Part shown: one piece after another, positions 8,928 through 18,751 of the stretch | Numbering within the stretch: position 1 is the first letter of the stretch | Layout: each line of letters opens with the position of its first letter | IMG/VR virus record: IMGVR_UViG_2850796239_000011 | Coordinates: 29,227 to 93,226 of that record | From: a virus | Lineage: Duplodnaviria > Heunggongvirae > Uroviricota > Caudoviricetes | Length of the DNA stretch: 64,000 bases | Reading direction: 5' to 3' (one strand) | The notes under the pieces: generated by a model | The model's input: the letters and a program-made list of their open reading frames with translations, nothing else | Told to the model about the DNA's origin: nothing | The model's database searches: none | Made by a program: the position numbers and the translations under genes

Positions 8928-9377
8928 ATGATCAATAAAGCTACAACTCTTGACTGTCTCGAAGAACTGAAAAACCTCGGCAGCCTCATTACACTAATAG
9001 CAAAAGCAACGGCAGATGCTACGCTCTCTAGCGATATAGAGTCATGCGCAGGACTGGCATGGGATATGACAAATAGCATATCCAGAAAGCTATCGTCAGC
9101 AATGCTTTTACAGAACAAAAATTCTGCAATCAACAACCGCCTTCGCACCCAACGCGAAGCCTGCGGCTTAACAACAGCCGAACTCGCCAGGCTGCTCGAT
9201 CTCGATGAAGAAATTATCATCCAGTGGGAGAGCGGAGAGTATGAACCAACTATCAGTATGCTTATCCCACTGGCAAATATTCTTGGCTGCGATCCGATGT
9301 GGCTGTTAACTGGTGAGGTTACTCCTCCGGAGCAACCAAAAAGTGAGGAGCAGCAACACCATGACGCATCTCAATAA
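8928..9377 (+). CDS. HTH-XRE domain protein in the N-gene position (149 aa)
   Basis: C-terminal XRE-type HTH (GLTTAELARLLDLDEEIIIQWESGEYEP); unknown N-terminal domain; RBS GAGG. Confidence 0.6.
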   Translation: MINKATTLDCLEELKNLGSLITLIAKATADATLSSDIESCAGLAWDMTNSISRKLSSAMLLQNKNSAINNRLRTQREACGLTTAELARLLDLDEEIIIQWESGEYEPTISMLIPLANILGCDPMWLLTGEVTPPEQPKSEEQQHHDASQ

Positions 9378-9579
9378 GTTTGCCCCTTATCTCGCGAAGC
9401 TCTTCTACGGAAGAACCAATACCAATGGTGACATAATCGCCGCTTCGGCCCTCAAGGTACATGCGAACATTTTTATCAATCATTGCGGAAACAGTCTCAA
9501 TATGAAAACACTTCTGAGACTCGCTATATAGCAGAACATATAAGTCAGCTGAGGAAGCCATGAAAAAGTTCGAAAACAT
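9319..9579 (-). CDS. Hypothetical protein (86 aa)
   Basis: ORF with RBS GGAGA 6 nt upstream; start overlaps divergent start of 9560 gene. Confidence 0.35.
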   Translation of the reverse strand: MFSNFFMASSADLYVLLYSESQKCFHIETVSAMIDKNVRMYLEGRSGDYVTIGIGSSVEELREIRGKLIEMRHGVAAPHFLVAPEE

Positions 9580-9925
9580 AACTGTTCTCCATGTTGATGA
9601 CTTTGATTATACAAACCCGGAACTTCTCCCGGAGGTTGTAAAGGCAATAGATGTTGCCGATATAGTGATTAGAGGAAAGAGAATTGTCAAAAACAGGCTC
9701 GCATGCACTTCAGGAGCAATGACAGAAACAACCTCACAGCAAGATAATTACGAAGGCATTTGTCTGGAGCCTGATTCATTTGCGGTAAATGTTTATCATT
9801 TATTGCATGCAACACAGGTATTACATATGTCCAGTAACCTCGTAACGAAAGCACTTGGCAGCGATATTCTGGACTTTGCATGTGAGTATTCAAAAGCTGC
9901 TGCCGAAAAAGAATTAGCGCAATAA
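9560..9925 (+). CDS. Hypothetical protein (121 aa)
   Basis: RBS AGGAAG; no recognised family. Confidence 0.5.
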   Translation: MKKFENITVLHVDDFDYTNPELLPEVVKAIDVADIVIRGKRIVKNRLACTSGAMTETTSQQDNYEGICLEPDSFAVNVYHLLHATQVLHMSSNLVTKALGSDILDFACEYSKAAAEKELAQ

Positions 9926-10120
9926 CAACAAATATGCCCTGAACGTTTATTGCGGTTTTATCACCGGGGATTGTTACAACCTTAATCCACAGGAGGCTTT
10001 ATTATGACTTTTATAAAGAATATGGCATCACACAAGACCGCCAGCCTTATTGCACAATACGGTGAAAATTACATGCATATTGCCTGCTTATTTCTGCGTA
10101 AAGCATACGGGAAATAACAA

Positions 10121-10480
10121 ATGACACATGAACCCATTAATACATATCGTCGCCGTATAGCTGTTGCGGCACTCCATCGAATAAAACGTAAAACAGGTGG
10201 TGATCTGCTTATTGTTGACCTTCTGGATGGGAACATTACGACCATAGAAATAACAGAACAGTTTATAAACCAGTTGCTGTTGCGCTTTGAAGGTATTACC
10301 CGTGGTGAATTGGGTCGAGTGGAGGGTGAAACAGAAATCCGAACTGCATACCAGAATGCTATCGGGATTAATCAACATACTGAATACCAGGCTGAAACCG
10401 GAAAGTTAATTATAGACAACCTTTTACAAGAGGTTATTGATTACGCGAAAGAAAAATATATCAGAGGAGGAATTAACTGA
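10121..10480 (+). CDS. Hypothetical protein (119 aa)
   Basis: Preceded by a 37-aa ORF (10004..10117) with RBS GGAGG; stop overlaps next start. Confidence 0.5.
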   Translation: MTHEPINTYRRRIAVAALHRIKRKTGGDLLIVDLLDGNITTIEITEQFINQLLLRFEGITRGELGRVEGETEIRTAYQNAIGINQHTEYQAETGKLIIDNLLQEVIDYAKEKYIRGGIN

Positions 10481-10567
10481 TGGCTAATTTATCCCCTGTA
10501 TCTGTTGTGCACGAAAAAGTGCAGTGAGGTGTACTGGCAATAGCGGACACTACCATTTGTTCTTTTT

Positions 10568-11386
10568 TTAAGCAGCCATCTGATGATATTTTTCCCTGAA
10601 GGCTGCCGGGGAGATATTCCCCAGACGAGAGTGACGACGCTGACGATTGTAGAAAATCTCAATGTATTCCCGTATTACTGAGATGGCTTCATCCCGGTTA
10701 TTAAAACGATAGTGGCTCAGGCTCTCATTTTTCAGCGTTCCCCAGAAGCTTTCCATCGGAGCGTTGTCGTAACAGTTACCTTTACGCGACATTGATGTTT
10801 TCAGACCAGACTGCTCCTGTATGACCCGGTAATCGTATGCGCAGTACTGTGAACCTCGATCAGAGTGGTGGATTAGCCCGGCAGGTGGGCGCTGGCTCCT
10901 GAGCGCCATAAACAGGGCTTTACCTGTCAGCTCTTTTGTCATGCGCTCTCCCATGGCGTAGCCGACAATTTCGCACGTATAAACATCTTTGATGCCAGCG
11001 AGGTACAACCATCCCTCCTGTGTGGCAACATACGTCAGGTCCGCCACCCAGACCTGATTTGGTGCTGTAGGAGCGAACGTCTGGTTCAGCAGATTTGGCG
11101 CAACTGGCAGATTGTGGTTCGGGTTCGTAGTCGCTCTGAACTTGCGTTTCTGCTTACAGCGTAGCCTTAGCTCCTTACGAAGACGTGCCAGTCGGTCACG
11201 ACCAACGATGATGCCATTCTCTGCCAGCTCCGTCTGGAGCCGCCGGGTTCCATATGTTTCGCGAGTGCGGATATGTGCCACCTTAATCTCCAGTTTTAGC
11301 CGCTCATCACTTTGTTTTCTGTCTGAGGGTTCATGCTGTACCCAGTTGTAATAACCGCTCCTGGATACACCAAATACCTGACACAT
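10568..11386 (-). CDS. IS600 transposase OrfB (DDE domain)
   Basis: 272 aa, IS3-family catalytic core. Confidence 0.9.
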   Translation of the reverse strand: MCQVFGVSRSGYYNWVQHEPSDRKQSDERLKLEIKVAHIRTRETYGTRRLQTELAENGIIVGRDRLARLRKELRLRCKQKRKFRATTNPNHNLPVAPNLLNQTFAPTAPNQVWVADLTYVATQEGWLYLAGIKDVYTCEIVGYAMGERMTKELTGKALFMALRSQRPPAGLIHHSDRGSQYCAYDYRVIQEQSGLKTSMSRKGNCYDNAPMESFWGTLKNESLSHYRFNNRDEAISVIREYIEIFYNRQRRHSRLGNISPAAFREKYHQMAA

Positions 11387-11421
11387 CGCTTCAATGGGAA
11401 ATTGTTGTCGCCATTGTTCGA

Positions 11422-11724
11422 TTAACGCGTATTTTTCAGCGACTCCTGTGCAAAATACGCTGTTGCTTTTTTTAATATATCTCGCTCAAGGCGAGCTTCA
11501 TTTAACGCCTTACGCAGTTGCAGAATTTCAGATTCCAGTTCAGCCACCGTGCGGGAACCAGGAGTACCGAGCCCTTTTCTGGCGGCGGTAACCCATTGTC
11601 CTAAAGTGCCTTCAGGAAGGGATAATCGGGAAGCGCCTTCACTGATCGAAAGTTGATTTTCAAGAACCGTTCTGACAGCTTCGGCTTTGAACTCTTTAGA
11701 GTAACGTTGGGTTTTTCTGCTCAT
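11422..11724 (-). CDS. IS600 OrfA (HTH)
   Basis: 100 aa, MSRKTQRYSKEFKAEAV..., leucine zipper. Confidence 0.9.
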   Translation of the reverse strand: MSRKTQRYSKEFKAEAVRTVLENQLSISEGASRLSLPEGTLGQWVTAARKGLGTPGSRTVAELESEILQLRKALNEARLERDILKKATAYFAQESLKNTR

Positions 11725-12296
11725 TATTAGCTCCTTCTGATGCCATTCTATTTCAGGAAGGAGTGTCCGTTAAACTCAGGCTACCTCACAGATCGTTATG
11801 ACAATTGAAAATGGCCAGGTAACAGATGTCTGCAAAGTCCGCGATGGAGAGCTGATTGCCAGCATGGATACATTCATACGGCTGGCAGAAAGAGCGGGGT
11901 ATCAGATAACAGCACCTGCTCAGGAGGAAACCAGTGACATTAACAGCAACACGAATTCCTGAGTGGGTCCACCAGCAGGCGTTGCTGGTCCTGCGGCGGT
12001 ACAGATGCCGACGTATATTCCCGCATCGGATACAGCGCAACGGATATCTCAGTCTGAAGGTTAACCGTCGCTGGCGGCTGTTATCGAAAGACGACGGCCG
12101 GAACTGGGAAGTAATGAGTCATGAACGTTATTCGGGGGAAATAAAGAAATGATCGACAACCGCACCGCCAGCGCCATTGACCAGGCATTACAGAAACATG
12201 ATACACCCGTCGGCCCGTTATTTTTTGTAACACGCCACGGAAGAACAAAAAAAATGCCTCACCCGAAAAACGGCAATTCGTTACCTGGCATTCTTT

Positions 12297-12542
12297 ATGA
12301 CCACCCGCGCTTTTGAACGTTCAGGATTCCGACAACGCCATCCTGACAAGCGTTTTATCTTCAACGGGAATGAGATATGGAAACGTGGAGAATCAACCAC
12401 AGAGTATACCCGCGCACACCAGCGAACAATCAGACGACTGCGCAGACTCATCGCCAGGAAACAGTATACAGAAAAATGGTTCAGAAAATATGACACATGG
12501 AGCGCCGGATATTACGAACTGATGGCAACAAAACCATTCTGA
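12297..12542 (+). CDS. Hypothetical small protein (81 aa)
   Basis: One of several small same-strand ORFs (also 11934..12152, 12149..12322). Confidence 0.3.
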   Translation: MTTRAFERSGFRQRHPDKRFIFNGNEIWKRGESTTEYTRAHQRTIRRLRRLIARKQYTEKWFRKYDTWSAGYYELMATKPF

Positions 12543-12602
12543 CGTAAACGAAATTAACCATGACGCAATTAAATAAGGCAAGCCGAATACATCAGGAGGA
12601 CC

Positions 12603-12791
12603 ATGAACATTTATTTCAGAATAGTTATATCACTGGCAATTATCGCATGTATTTACGGATTAATCGTTCCGGCCCTCATATCAATGAAGGATACGGTAGC
12701 AGTGATTTCTGGCTTTGCTCTGGCGTGTCTGACCCCGCCCTGCATTTATGCCATTTATAAGGGTCTTTCTTTCCCCGGGAGGGAAAAATGA
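12603..12791 (+). CDS. Small hydrophobic membrane protein (62 aa)
   Basis: Hydrophobic sequence; stop overlaps start of SPFH gene. Confidence 0.45.
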   Translation: MNIYFRIVISLAIIACIYGLIVPALISMKDTVAVISGFALACLTPPCIYAIYKGLSFPGREK

Positions 12792-13016
12792 AAAAAACAA
12801 TTGCGCTTGTTTTCGCGGTCAGTCTGGCTGTCTTCGGACTTGTAGGTTGCGATCGCGTTGAACCAGGTAATGTGGGTATCAAAGTCAACAAACTGGGCGA
12901 CGACAAAGGTGTCGGTGAAGTGGTCGGTGTTGGTCGCTACTGGACTGGCTGGAATACTGAAGTGAACCGCCCCGGGAATCCTGGAGACTAAACTTCCTGA
13001 GAAAGAGGTAAACAGG

Positions 13017-13342
13017 ATGACTAAAAATACTCGTTTTTCCCCGAAGTCCGTCAGAGGGCGATTCGTATGGTTCTGGAAAGTCAGGGCGAATATGACTCAC
13101 AGTGGGCGGCAATTTGTTCCATTGCCCCAAAGATTGGCTGTACACCGGAGACTCTGCGTGTCCGGGTACGCCAGCATGAGCGGGATACCGGAGGCGGTGA
13201 TGGCGGGCTCACCACCGCTGAACGTCAGCGTCTGAAAGAGCTGGAACGTGAAAATCGTGAACTGCGCCGCAGTAACGATATCCTTCGCCAGGCTTCCGCT
13301 TATTTTGCGAAGGCGGAGTTCGACCGCCTCTGGAAAAAATAA
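13017..13342 (+). pseudogene. IS629 orfA with frameshift in a C4 run
   Basis: Translation leaves the OrfA frame after MTKNTRFSP at CCCC 13039..13042 and resumes at 13067. Confidence 0.6.
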
Positions 13343-14229
13343 TGCCACTGCTGGATAAGCTGCGTGAGCAGTACGGGGTCGGACCGCTATGCAGCGAACT
13401 GCATATTGCCCCGTCAACGTATTACCACTGTCAGCAACAGCGACATCATCCGGATAAACGCAGTGCCCGTGCGCAGCGCGATGAGTGGCTGAAGAAAGAG
13501 ATACAGCGCGTATACGATGAAAATCACAAGGTATACGGTGTGCGTAAAGTCTGGCGTCAGTTGTTACGGGAAGGTATCAGAGTGGCCAGATGCACTGTGG
13601 CACGTCTCATGGCGGTTATGGGACTTGCCGGTGTTCTCCGGGGTAAAAAGGTCCGTACGACCATCAGCCGGAAAGCCGTTGCCGCAGGCGACCGCGTAAA
13701 CCGTCAGTTCGTGGCAGAACGACCTGACCAGCTGTGGGTGGCTGATTTTACTTACGTCAGCACATGGCAGGGCTTCGTCTATGTGGCGTTCATCATTGAT
13801 GTGTTTGCCGGATACATCGTGGGGTGGCGGGTCTCATCGTCCATGGACACGACATTCGTGCTGGATGCACTGGAGCAGGCGTTATGGGCCCGTCGACCGT
13901 CCGGCACGGTCCATCACAGTGATAAAGGTTCTCAGTATGTATCGCTGGGCTACACACAGCGGCTTAAGGAAGCCGGATTACTGGCATCAACAGGAAGTAC
14001 AGGCGACTCGTATGACAACGCGATGGCGGAGAGCATCAATGGTCTTTACAAAGCGGAGGTAATACACCGTAAGAGCTGGAAAAACCGTGCAGAAGTGGAA
14101 CTGGCCACACTCACGTGGGTGGACTGGTATAACAATCGACGATTGCTGGAAAGGCTGGGCCATACTCCTCCGGCAGAAGCAGAAAAAGCTTATTATGCTT
14201 CCATCGGAAACGATGATCTGGCAGCCTGA
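13342..14229 (+). CDS. IS629 transposase OrfB
   Basis: 295 aa, DDE transposase. Confidence 0.9.
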   Translation: MPLLDKLREQYGVGPLCSELHIAPSTYYHCQQQRHHPDKRSARAQRDEWLKKEIQRVYDENHKVYGVRKVWRQLLREGIRVARCTVARLMAVMGLAGVLRGKKVRTTISRKAVAAGDRVNRQFVAERPDQLWVADFTYVSTWQGFVYVAFIIDVFAGYIVGWRVSSSMDTTFVLDALEQALWARRPSGTVHHSDKGSQYVSLGYTQRLKEAGLLASTGSTGDSYDNAMAESINGLYKAEVIHRKSWKNRAEVELATLTWVDWYNNRRLLERLGHTPPAEAEKAYYASIGNDDLAA

Positions 14230-14965
14230 GTTCACAGATAAAACACTCTCCAGGAAAACCGGGGCGGTTCAGAAGTTTACATTTTCCCGACCTTCAAGCA
14301 AATGAAGACCTACGATGAACCGTTCAGTTTCCAGATGAGTGACGGCACAACCATCGGCTATCACATCGGCGTGGCCTACAAAGTTGATCCATCCAAAGTT
14401 ACCACAGTCTTTCAGACTTACCGCAAAGGCGTGGATGACATTACCGACACTGACCTGCGCCAGAAAATTGCCGACGCACTCAATCGGCTGGCCAGCAAAA
14501 TGACCACTGACAAATTTATCGACGGCGGCAAGTCTGAACTACTGGATGCCGCACTTAAAGACATTCAGGAAGAGATGACACCCATCGGCATTCAGGTAAT
14601 GAGCCTCTCTTATGTAGGTAAACCGGAATACCCTCCAACCGTTATCGACAGCATTAACGCCAAAGTCACGGCAAACCAGAAAACCCTGCAGCGCGAACAG
14701 GAAGTCAAGCAACGTGAAGCGGAGGCCAACATGCTACGTGCGGAAGCTGCCGGACAGGCTGATGCCATTCGAACAAAAGCCCAGGCAGAAGCCGATGCCA
14801 TTCGTTTACGCGGCGAAGCTCTACGCCAGAACCCAGGCGTCATGGAGCTGGAAGCCATCAACAAGTGGAACGGTACACTGCCGCAATACATGACCAGTGG
14901 TGCCAATACACCATTTATCCAGATTAAATAACTTATATGCCCGGCAGGCCGCCGGGCTAAGGGAA

Positions 14966-15295
14966 ATGCAGATGAACACCCAGAATACTCAACCGCAAAT
15001 AATGAACTATGACCCGAATCTGACGTCATGCGGACGCATGGCAAAACAAACCGTTCGATTAACTTTCGGACTATGGGAATACCGCGAAACATTCGAAGTT
15101 ACTGTCGGCGGCAATCTGACCGGACTGGATGTTATCAGTTGCGCTATTGAAAGCCTGTACGCAACGCTGCCTTATGAAGAAGTCGAGGATGAGCGCACAG
15201 GGGAAACAGATATCATGGCCACCATTAATATTGGCGAACTGATATGTCAGGATGAAGACCTGTCCGGAGAGCTCTGGCTTGCCGGGATGCTTTGA
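14966..15295 (+). CDS. Hypothetical protein, 3' end interrupted by IS600
   Basis: Stop codon is the first TGA of the IS600 end; frame continues after the IS to ~16608. Confidence 0.45.
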   Translation: MQMNTQNTQPQIMNYDPNLTSCGRMAKQTVRLTFGLWEYRETFEVTVGGNLTGLDVISCAIESLYATLPYEEVEDERTGETDIMATINIGELICQDEDLSGELWLAGML

Positions 15296-15356
15296 GGTAG
15301 CCTGAGTTTAACGGACACTCCTTCCTGAAATAGAATGGCATCAGAAGGAGCTAATA

Positions 15357-15659
15357 ATGAGCAGAAAAACCCAACGTTACTCTAAAGAGTTCAAAGCCGA
15401 AGCTGTCAGAACGGTTCTTGAAAATTAACTTTCGATCAGTGAAGGCGCTTCCCGATTATCCCTTCCTGAAGGCACTTTAGGACAATGGGTTACCGCCGCC
15501 AGAAAAGGGCTCGGTACTCCTGGTTCCCGCACGGTGGCTGAACTGGAATCTGAAATTCTGCAACTGCGTAAGGCGTTAAATGAAGCTCGCCTTGAGCGAG
15601 ATATATTAAAAAAAGCAACAGCGTATTTTGCACAGGAGTCGCTGAAAAATACGCGTTAA
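15357..15659 (+). pseudogene. IS600 orfA with nonsense codon (Gln24 to stop)
   Basis: GAA AAT TAA at 15420..15428 versus CAA in copies 1 and 3. Confidence 0.8.
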
Positions 15660-15694
15660 TCGAACAATGGCGACAACAATTTCCCATTGAAGCG

Positions 15695-16513
15695 ATGTGT
15701 CAGGTATTTGGTGTATCCAGGAGCGGTTATTACAACTGGGTACAGCATGAACCCTCAGACAGAAAACAAAGTGATGAGCGGCTAAAACTGGAGATTAAGG
15801 TGGCACATATCCGCACTCGCGAAACATATGGAACCCGGCGGCTCCAGACGGAGCTGGCAGAGAATGGCATCATCGTTGGTCGTGACCGACTGGCACGTCT
15901 TCGTAAGGAGCTAAGGCTACGCTGTAAGCAGAAACGCAAGTTCAGAGCGACTACGAACTCGAACCACAATCTGCCAGTTGCGCCAAATCTGCTGAACCAG
16001 ACGTTCGCTCCTACAGCACCAAATCAGGTCTGGGTGGCGGACCTGACGTATGTTGCCACACAGGAGGGATGGTTGTACCTCGCTGGCATCAAAGATGTTT
16101 ATACGTGCGAAATTGTCGGCTACGCCATGGGAGAGCGCATGACAAAAGAGCTGACAGGTAAAGCCCTGTTTATGGCGCTCAGGAGCCAGCGCCCACCTGC
16201 CGGGCTAATCCACCACTCTGATCGAGGTTCACAGTACTGCGCATACGATTACCGGGTCATACAGGAGCAGTTTGGTCTGAAAACATCAATGTCGCGTAAA
16301 GGTAACTGTTACGACAACGCTCCGATGGAAAGCTTCTGGGGAACGCTGAAAAATGAGAGCCTGAGCCACTATCGTTTTAATAACCGGGATGAAGCCATCT
16401 CAGTAATACGGGAATACATTGAGATTTTCTACAATCGTCAGCGTCGTCACTCTCGTCTGGGGAATATCTCCCCGGCAGCCTTCAGGGAAAAATATCATCA
16501 GATGGCTGCTTAA
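15695..16513 (+). CDS. IS600 transposase OrfB
   Basis: 272 aa, near-identical to other copies. Confidence 0.9.
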   Translation: MCQVFGVSRSGYYNWVQHEPSDRKQSDERLKLEIKVAHIRTRETYGTRRLQTELAENGIIVGRDRLARLRKELRLRCKQKRKFRATTNSNHNLPVAPNLLNQTFAPTAPNQVWVADLTYVATQEGWLYLAGIKDVYTCEIVGYAMGERMTKELTGKALFMALRSQRPPAGLIHHSDRGSQYCAYDYRVIQEQFGLKTSMSRKGNCYDNAPMESFWGTLKNESLSHYRFNNRDEAISVIREYIEIFYNRQRRHSRLGNISPAAFREKYHQMAA

Positions 16514-16641
16514 AAAAAGAACAAATGGTAGTGTCCGCTATTGCCAGTACACCTCACTTATCTCAGCAGAAATTATCAGTATTGAACCCGCTACAAACAT
16601 ACGGCTCTGAAGTTCTCACTATTCAGAGAGCAGGAGAAAAA

Positions 16642-16884
16642 ATGTTCGCTTTGATTAATCAGGGACAACTGTATACCGACAGTGCCGGTTACCCGGTAAA
16701 AATTATTCGCTGCATAAACAACACTGTGTTGTACAGAAGAATGGATGGGCGAACACAGTCAGTAAAAATAAACGATTTCAATGAACTGTTTGAACGGATC
16801 GATCACCAGGAATACCGACAAATTCTGGCAGAAACAGAGCAGGAAGCTCATCTGAAAAAATTACGGGCCATGAAAAGGAAGTAA
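16642..16884 (+). CDS. Hypothetical phage protein (80 aa)
   Basis: RBS AGGAG; followed by a 48-aa ORF at 16888..17034. Confidence 0.45.
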   Translation: MFALINQGQLYTDSAGYPVKIIRCINNTVLYRRMDGRTQSVKINDFNELFERIDHQEYRQILAETEQEAHLKKLRAMKRK

Positions 16885-17042
16885 AGAATGAATAAAGCGT
16901 TTGAGCTATGGGTACGCCAGCGTTACGGCAATCGCTATGACCTGACGCGAGATGTTGACGGTTTCTACTGTCGTGAAATTGTGAAACGAATGTTTGAAGT
17001 GTGGTGCCACTGCCGTGGGCTGAGTGTTGTGTGAGGTAATGC

Positions 17043-17279
17043 ATGGGCAATGTGATTCAACTGGCTCCCAATGAATGGGTTTGTGAAAGCGTTCTTATCG
17101 CAATTACCGGGCTCAAACCAGGCACAATTCTCCGAGCCCGGAAAGAATGCTGGATGGTAGGAAGAGAGTATATTCACGTATCACCAGACGGTAATCCAAA
17201 GCCATCCAGCGAATGTATGTATAACAGAAAAGCAATAGATGCCTGGGTCTCTTCAATGAAAAACAAACAACCTGGGTGA
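17043..17279 (+). CDS. Excisionase-like DNA-binding protein
   Basis: 78 aa, immediately upstream of integrase; recalled excisionase-like pattern. Confidence 0.65.
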   Translation: MGNVIQLAPNEWVCESVLIAITGLKPGTILRARKECWMVGREYIHVSPDGNPKPSSECMYNRKAIDAWVSSMKNKQPG

Positions 17280-17334
17280 TTTAATGCCATGAAGTATGTA
17301 AGCTCGTATCGCTCTTGGGCGTCTGGAGGTATCA

Positions 17335-18648
17335 ATGGATAAAGTCAAATATCCAACAGGCGTCGAAAACCACGGTGGCACATTACGCATCTGGTTTAAT
17401 TTTAAAGGTAAACGTGTCAGGGAAAATCTTGGTGTCCCTGACACTGCCAAGAACAGGAAGATCGCCGGAGAGCTGCGGACATCTGTATGTTTTGCCATTC
17501 GTACAGGAAATTTTGATTATGCTGCGCAGTTCCCTGACTCTCCTAACCTCAAGGCTTTTGGGGTAAATAAAAAAGAAATTACGGTGAAAGAACTTGAAGA
17601 AAAATGGCTGGATCTGAAACGAATGGAAATCTCTGCAAATGCATTCAATCGCTATGAATCCATTGCAAGGATGATGGTTCCGAAGATTGGTGGCAACCGA
17701 CTGGTATCAGCAGTGACCAAAGAGGAATTGCTGTATATCAGGAAAGATTTGCTGACCGGATACCAAAATCCAACAAAAGGTAAAGCTCCAGTAAAAGGAC
17801 GAAGCGTTGTCACAGTAAATTATTACATGACAACAATCGCTGGAATGTTTCAGTTTGCTGCAGATCACGGTTACATAGAAGCAAATCCCTTCGAGGGAAT
17901 TAAGCCTCTTAAAAGAGCCAGGGCAGAACCAGATCCGCTAACTCGTGACGAATTTATTCGCCTGATAGATGCTTGCCGGCATCAGCAGACAAAAAACCTG
18001 TGGTCATTGGCTGTGTACACAGGAATGCGTCATGGTGAACTGGTCTCCCTGGCCTGGGAAGATATCGATCTGAAAGCAGGAACAATTACTATCAGGCGCA
18101 ATTATACGAAACTCGGTGAGTTCACTCTACCTAAAACTGAAGCAAGTACAAACAGGGTTGTGCATCTTATCCAGCCCGCTATCAGTGTCCTGAAAAATCA
18201 GGCTGAAATGACAAGACTGGGTAAGCAGCACAACATCAAGGTTCAACTACGTGAATATGGACGTTCAGTAAATCATGAATGTACTTTCGTATTTAACCCC
18301 CAGGTGGTTAGAAAAAGCAAACAGGTAGGTTTTATCTACAAGGTAGATTCCATTGGCGACTCATGGGAAACAGCCATTAAACGTGCAGGCATCAGGCATC
18401 GAAAGGCATACCAGTCACGACACACTTATGCGTGCTGGTCATTATCTGCCGGAGCAAATCCAAGCTTCATTGCCAGCCAGATGGGGCATGCAAGTGCCCA
18501 GATGGTGTTCAATGTATACGGAGCATGGATGACTGACAGCAATGCAGAACAGATCGCAATGCTGAATCAGAAGCTGGCAGATTATGTCCCAATGATGTCC
18601 CATGGTCACCAAAGTGACACAAGAGGCTTATTAAAATCAGTGAGTTAG
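17335..18648 (+). CDS. Tyrosine integrase (437 aa)
   Basis: Arm-binding N-terminus and C-terminal catalytic region with R...HxxR...Y context. Confidence 0.9.
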   Translation: MDKVKYPTGVENHGGTLRIWFNFKGKRVRENLGVPDTAKNRKIAGELRTSVCFAIRTGNFDYAAQFPDSPNLKAFGVNKKEITVKELEEKWLDLKRMEISANAFNRYESIARMMVPKIGGNRLVSAVTKEELLYIRKDLLTGYQNPTKGKAPVKGRSVVTVNYYMTTIAGMFQFAADHGYIEANPFEGIKPLKRARAEPDPLTRDEFIRLIDACRHQQTKNLWSLAVYTGMRHGELVSLAWEDIDLKAGTITIRRNYTKLGEFTLPKTEASTNRVVHLIQPAISVLKNQAEMTRLGKQHNIKVQLREYGRSVNHECTFVFNPQVVRKSKQVGFIYKVDSIGDSWETAIKRAGIRHRKAYQSRHTYACWSLSAGANPSFIASQMGHASAQMVFNVYGAWMTDSNAEQIAMLNQKLADYVPMMSHGHQSDTRGLLKSVS

Positions 18649-18751
18649 CTTTTAATACCCGTCATGTTAACTGTTAATGAGGGCATTGAGTCGGGGGCTG
18701 GCAGCATACTGCGCAAGCACAGTGGCAGCCACATTCTGCACGTTATGCCTC

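Larger units (their letters stand above)
10526..11788 (-). mobile_element. IS600 (IS3 family), copy 1, 1263 bp
   Basis: Ends TGAGGTGTACTGG / TGAGGTAGCCTGAG; 3-bp direct repeat CAG; interrupts a 72-aa ORF (10480..11962). Confidence 0.9.
12963..14271 (+). mobile_element. IS629 (IS3 family), 1309 bp
   Basis: Ends TGAACCGCCCCGGGAATCC ... GGGGCGGTTCA; flanking direct repeat GAAG. Confidence 0.9.
12788..14931 (+). pseudogene. SPFH/band-7 domain lipoprotein interrupted by IS629
   Basis: Lipobox LVGC; reading frame continues across the IS (..WTGWNTE / VYIFPTFKQ..). Confidence 0.7.
15293..16556 (+). mobile_element. IS600 copy 2, 1264 bp
   Basis: Same ends as copy 1; 3-bp direct repeat CTT. Confidence 0.9.
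1..18751. mobile_element. Prophage 1 (partial lambdoid prophage; late genes lie beyond window start)
   Basis: Contiguous phage modules Q-RusA-DnaB-DnaC-O-Rha-cro on minus strand, cI-accessory-xis-int on plus strand. Confidence 0.7.

Noticed and set aside
14610-15092. 160-aa minus-strand ORF
   Set aside because: Antisense to the SPFH gene 3' half; Ala/Ser/Arg-rich.
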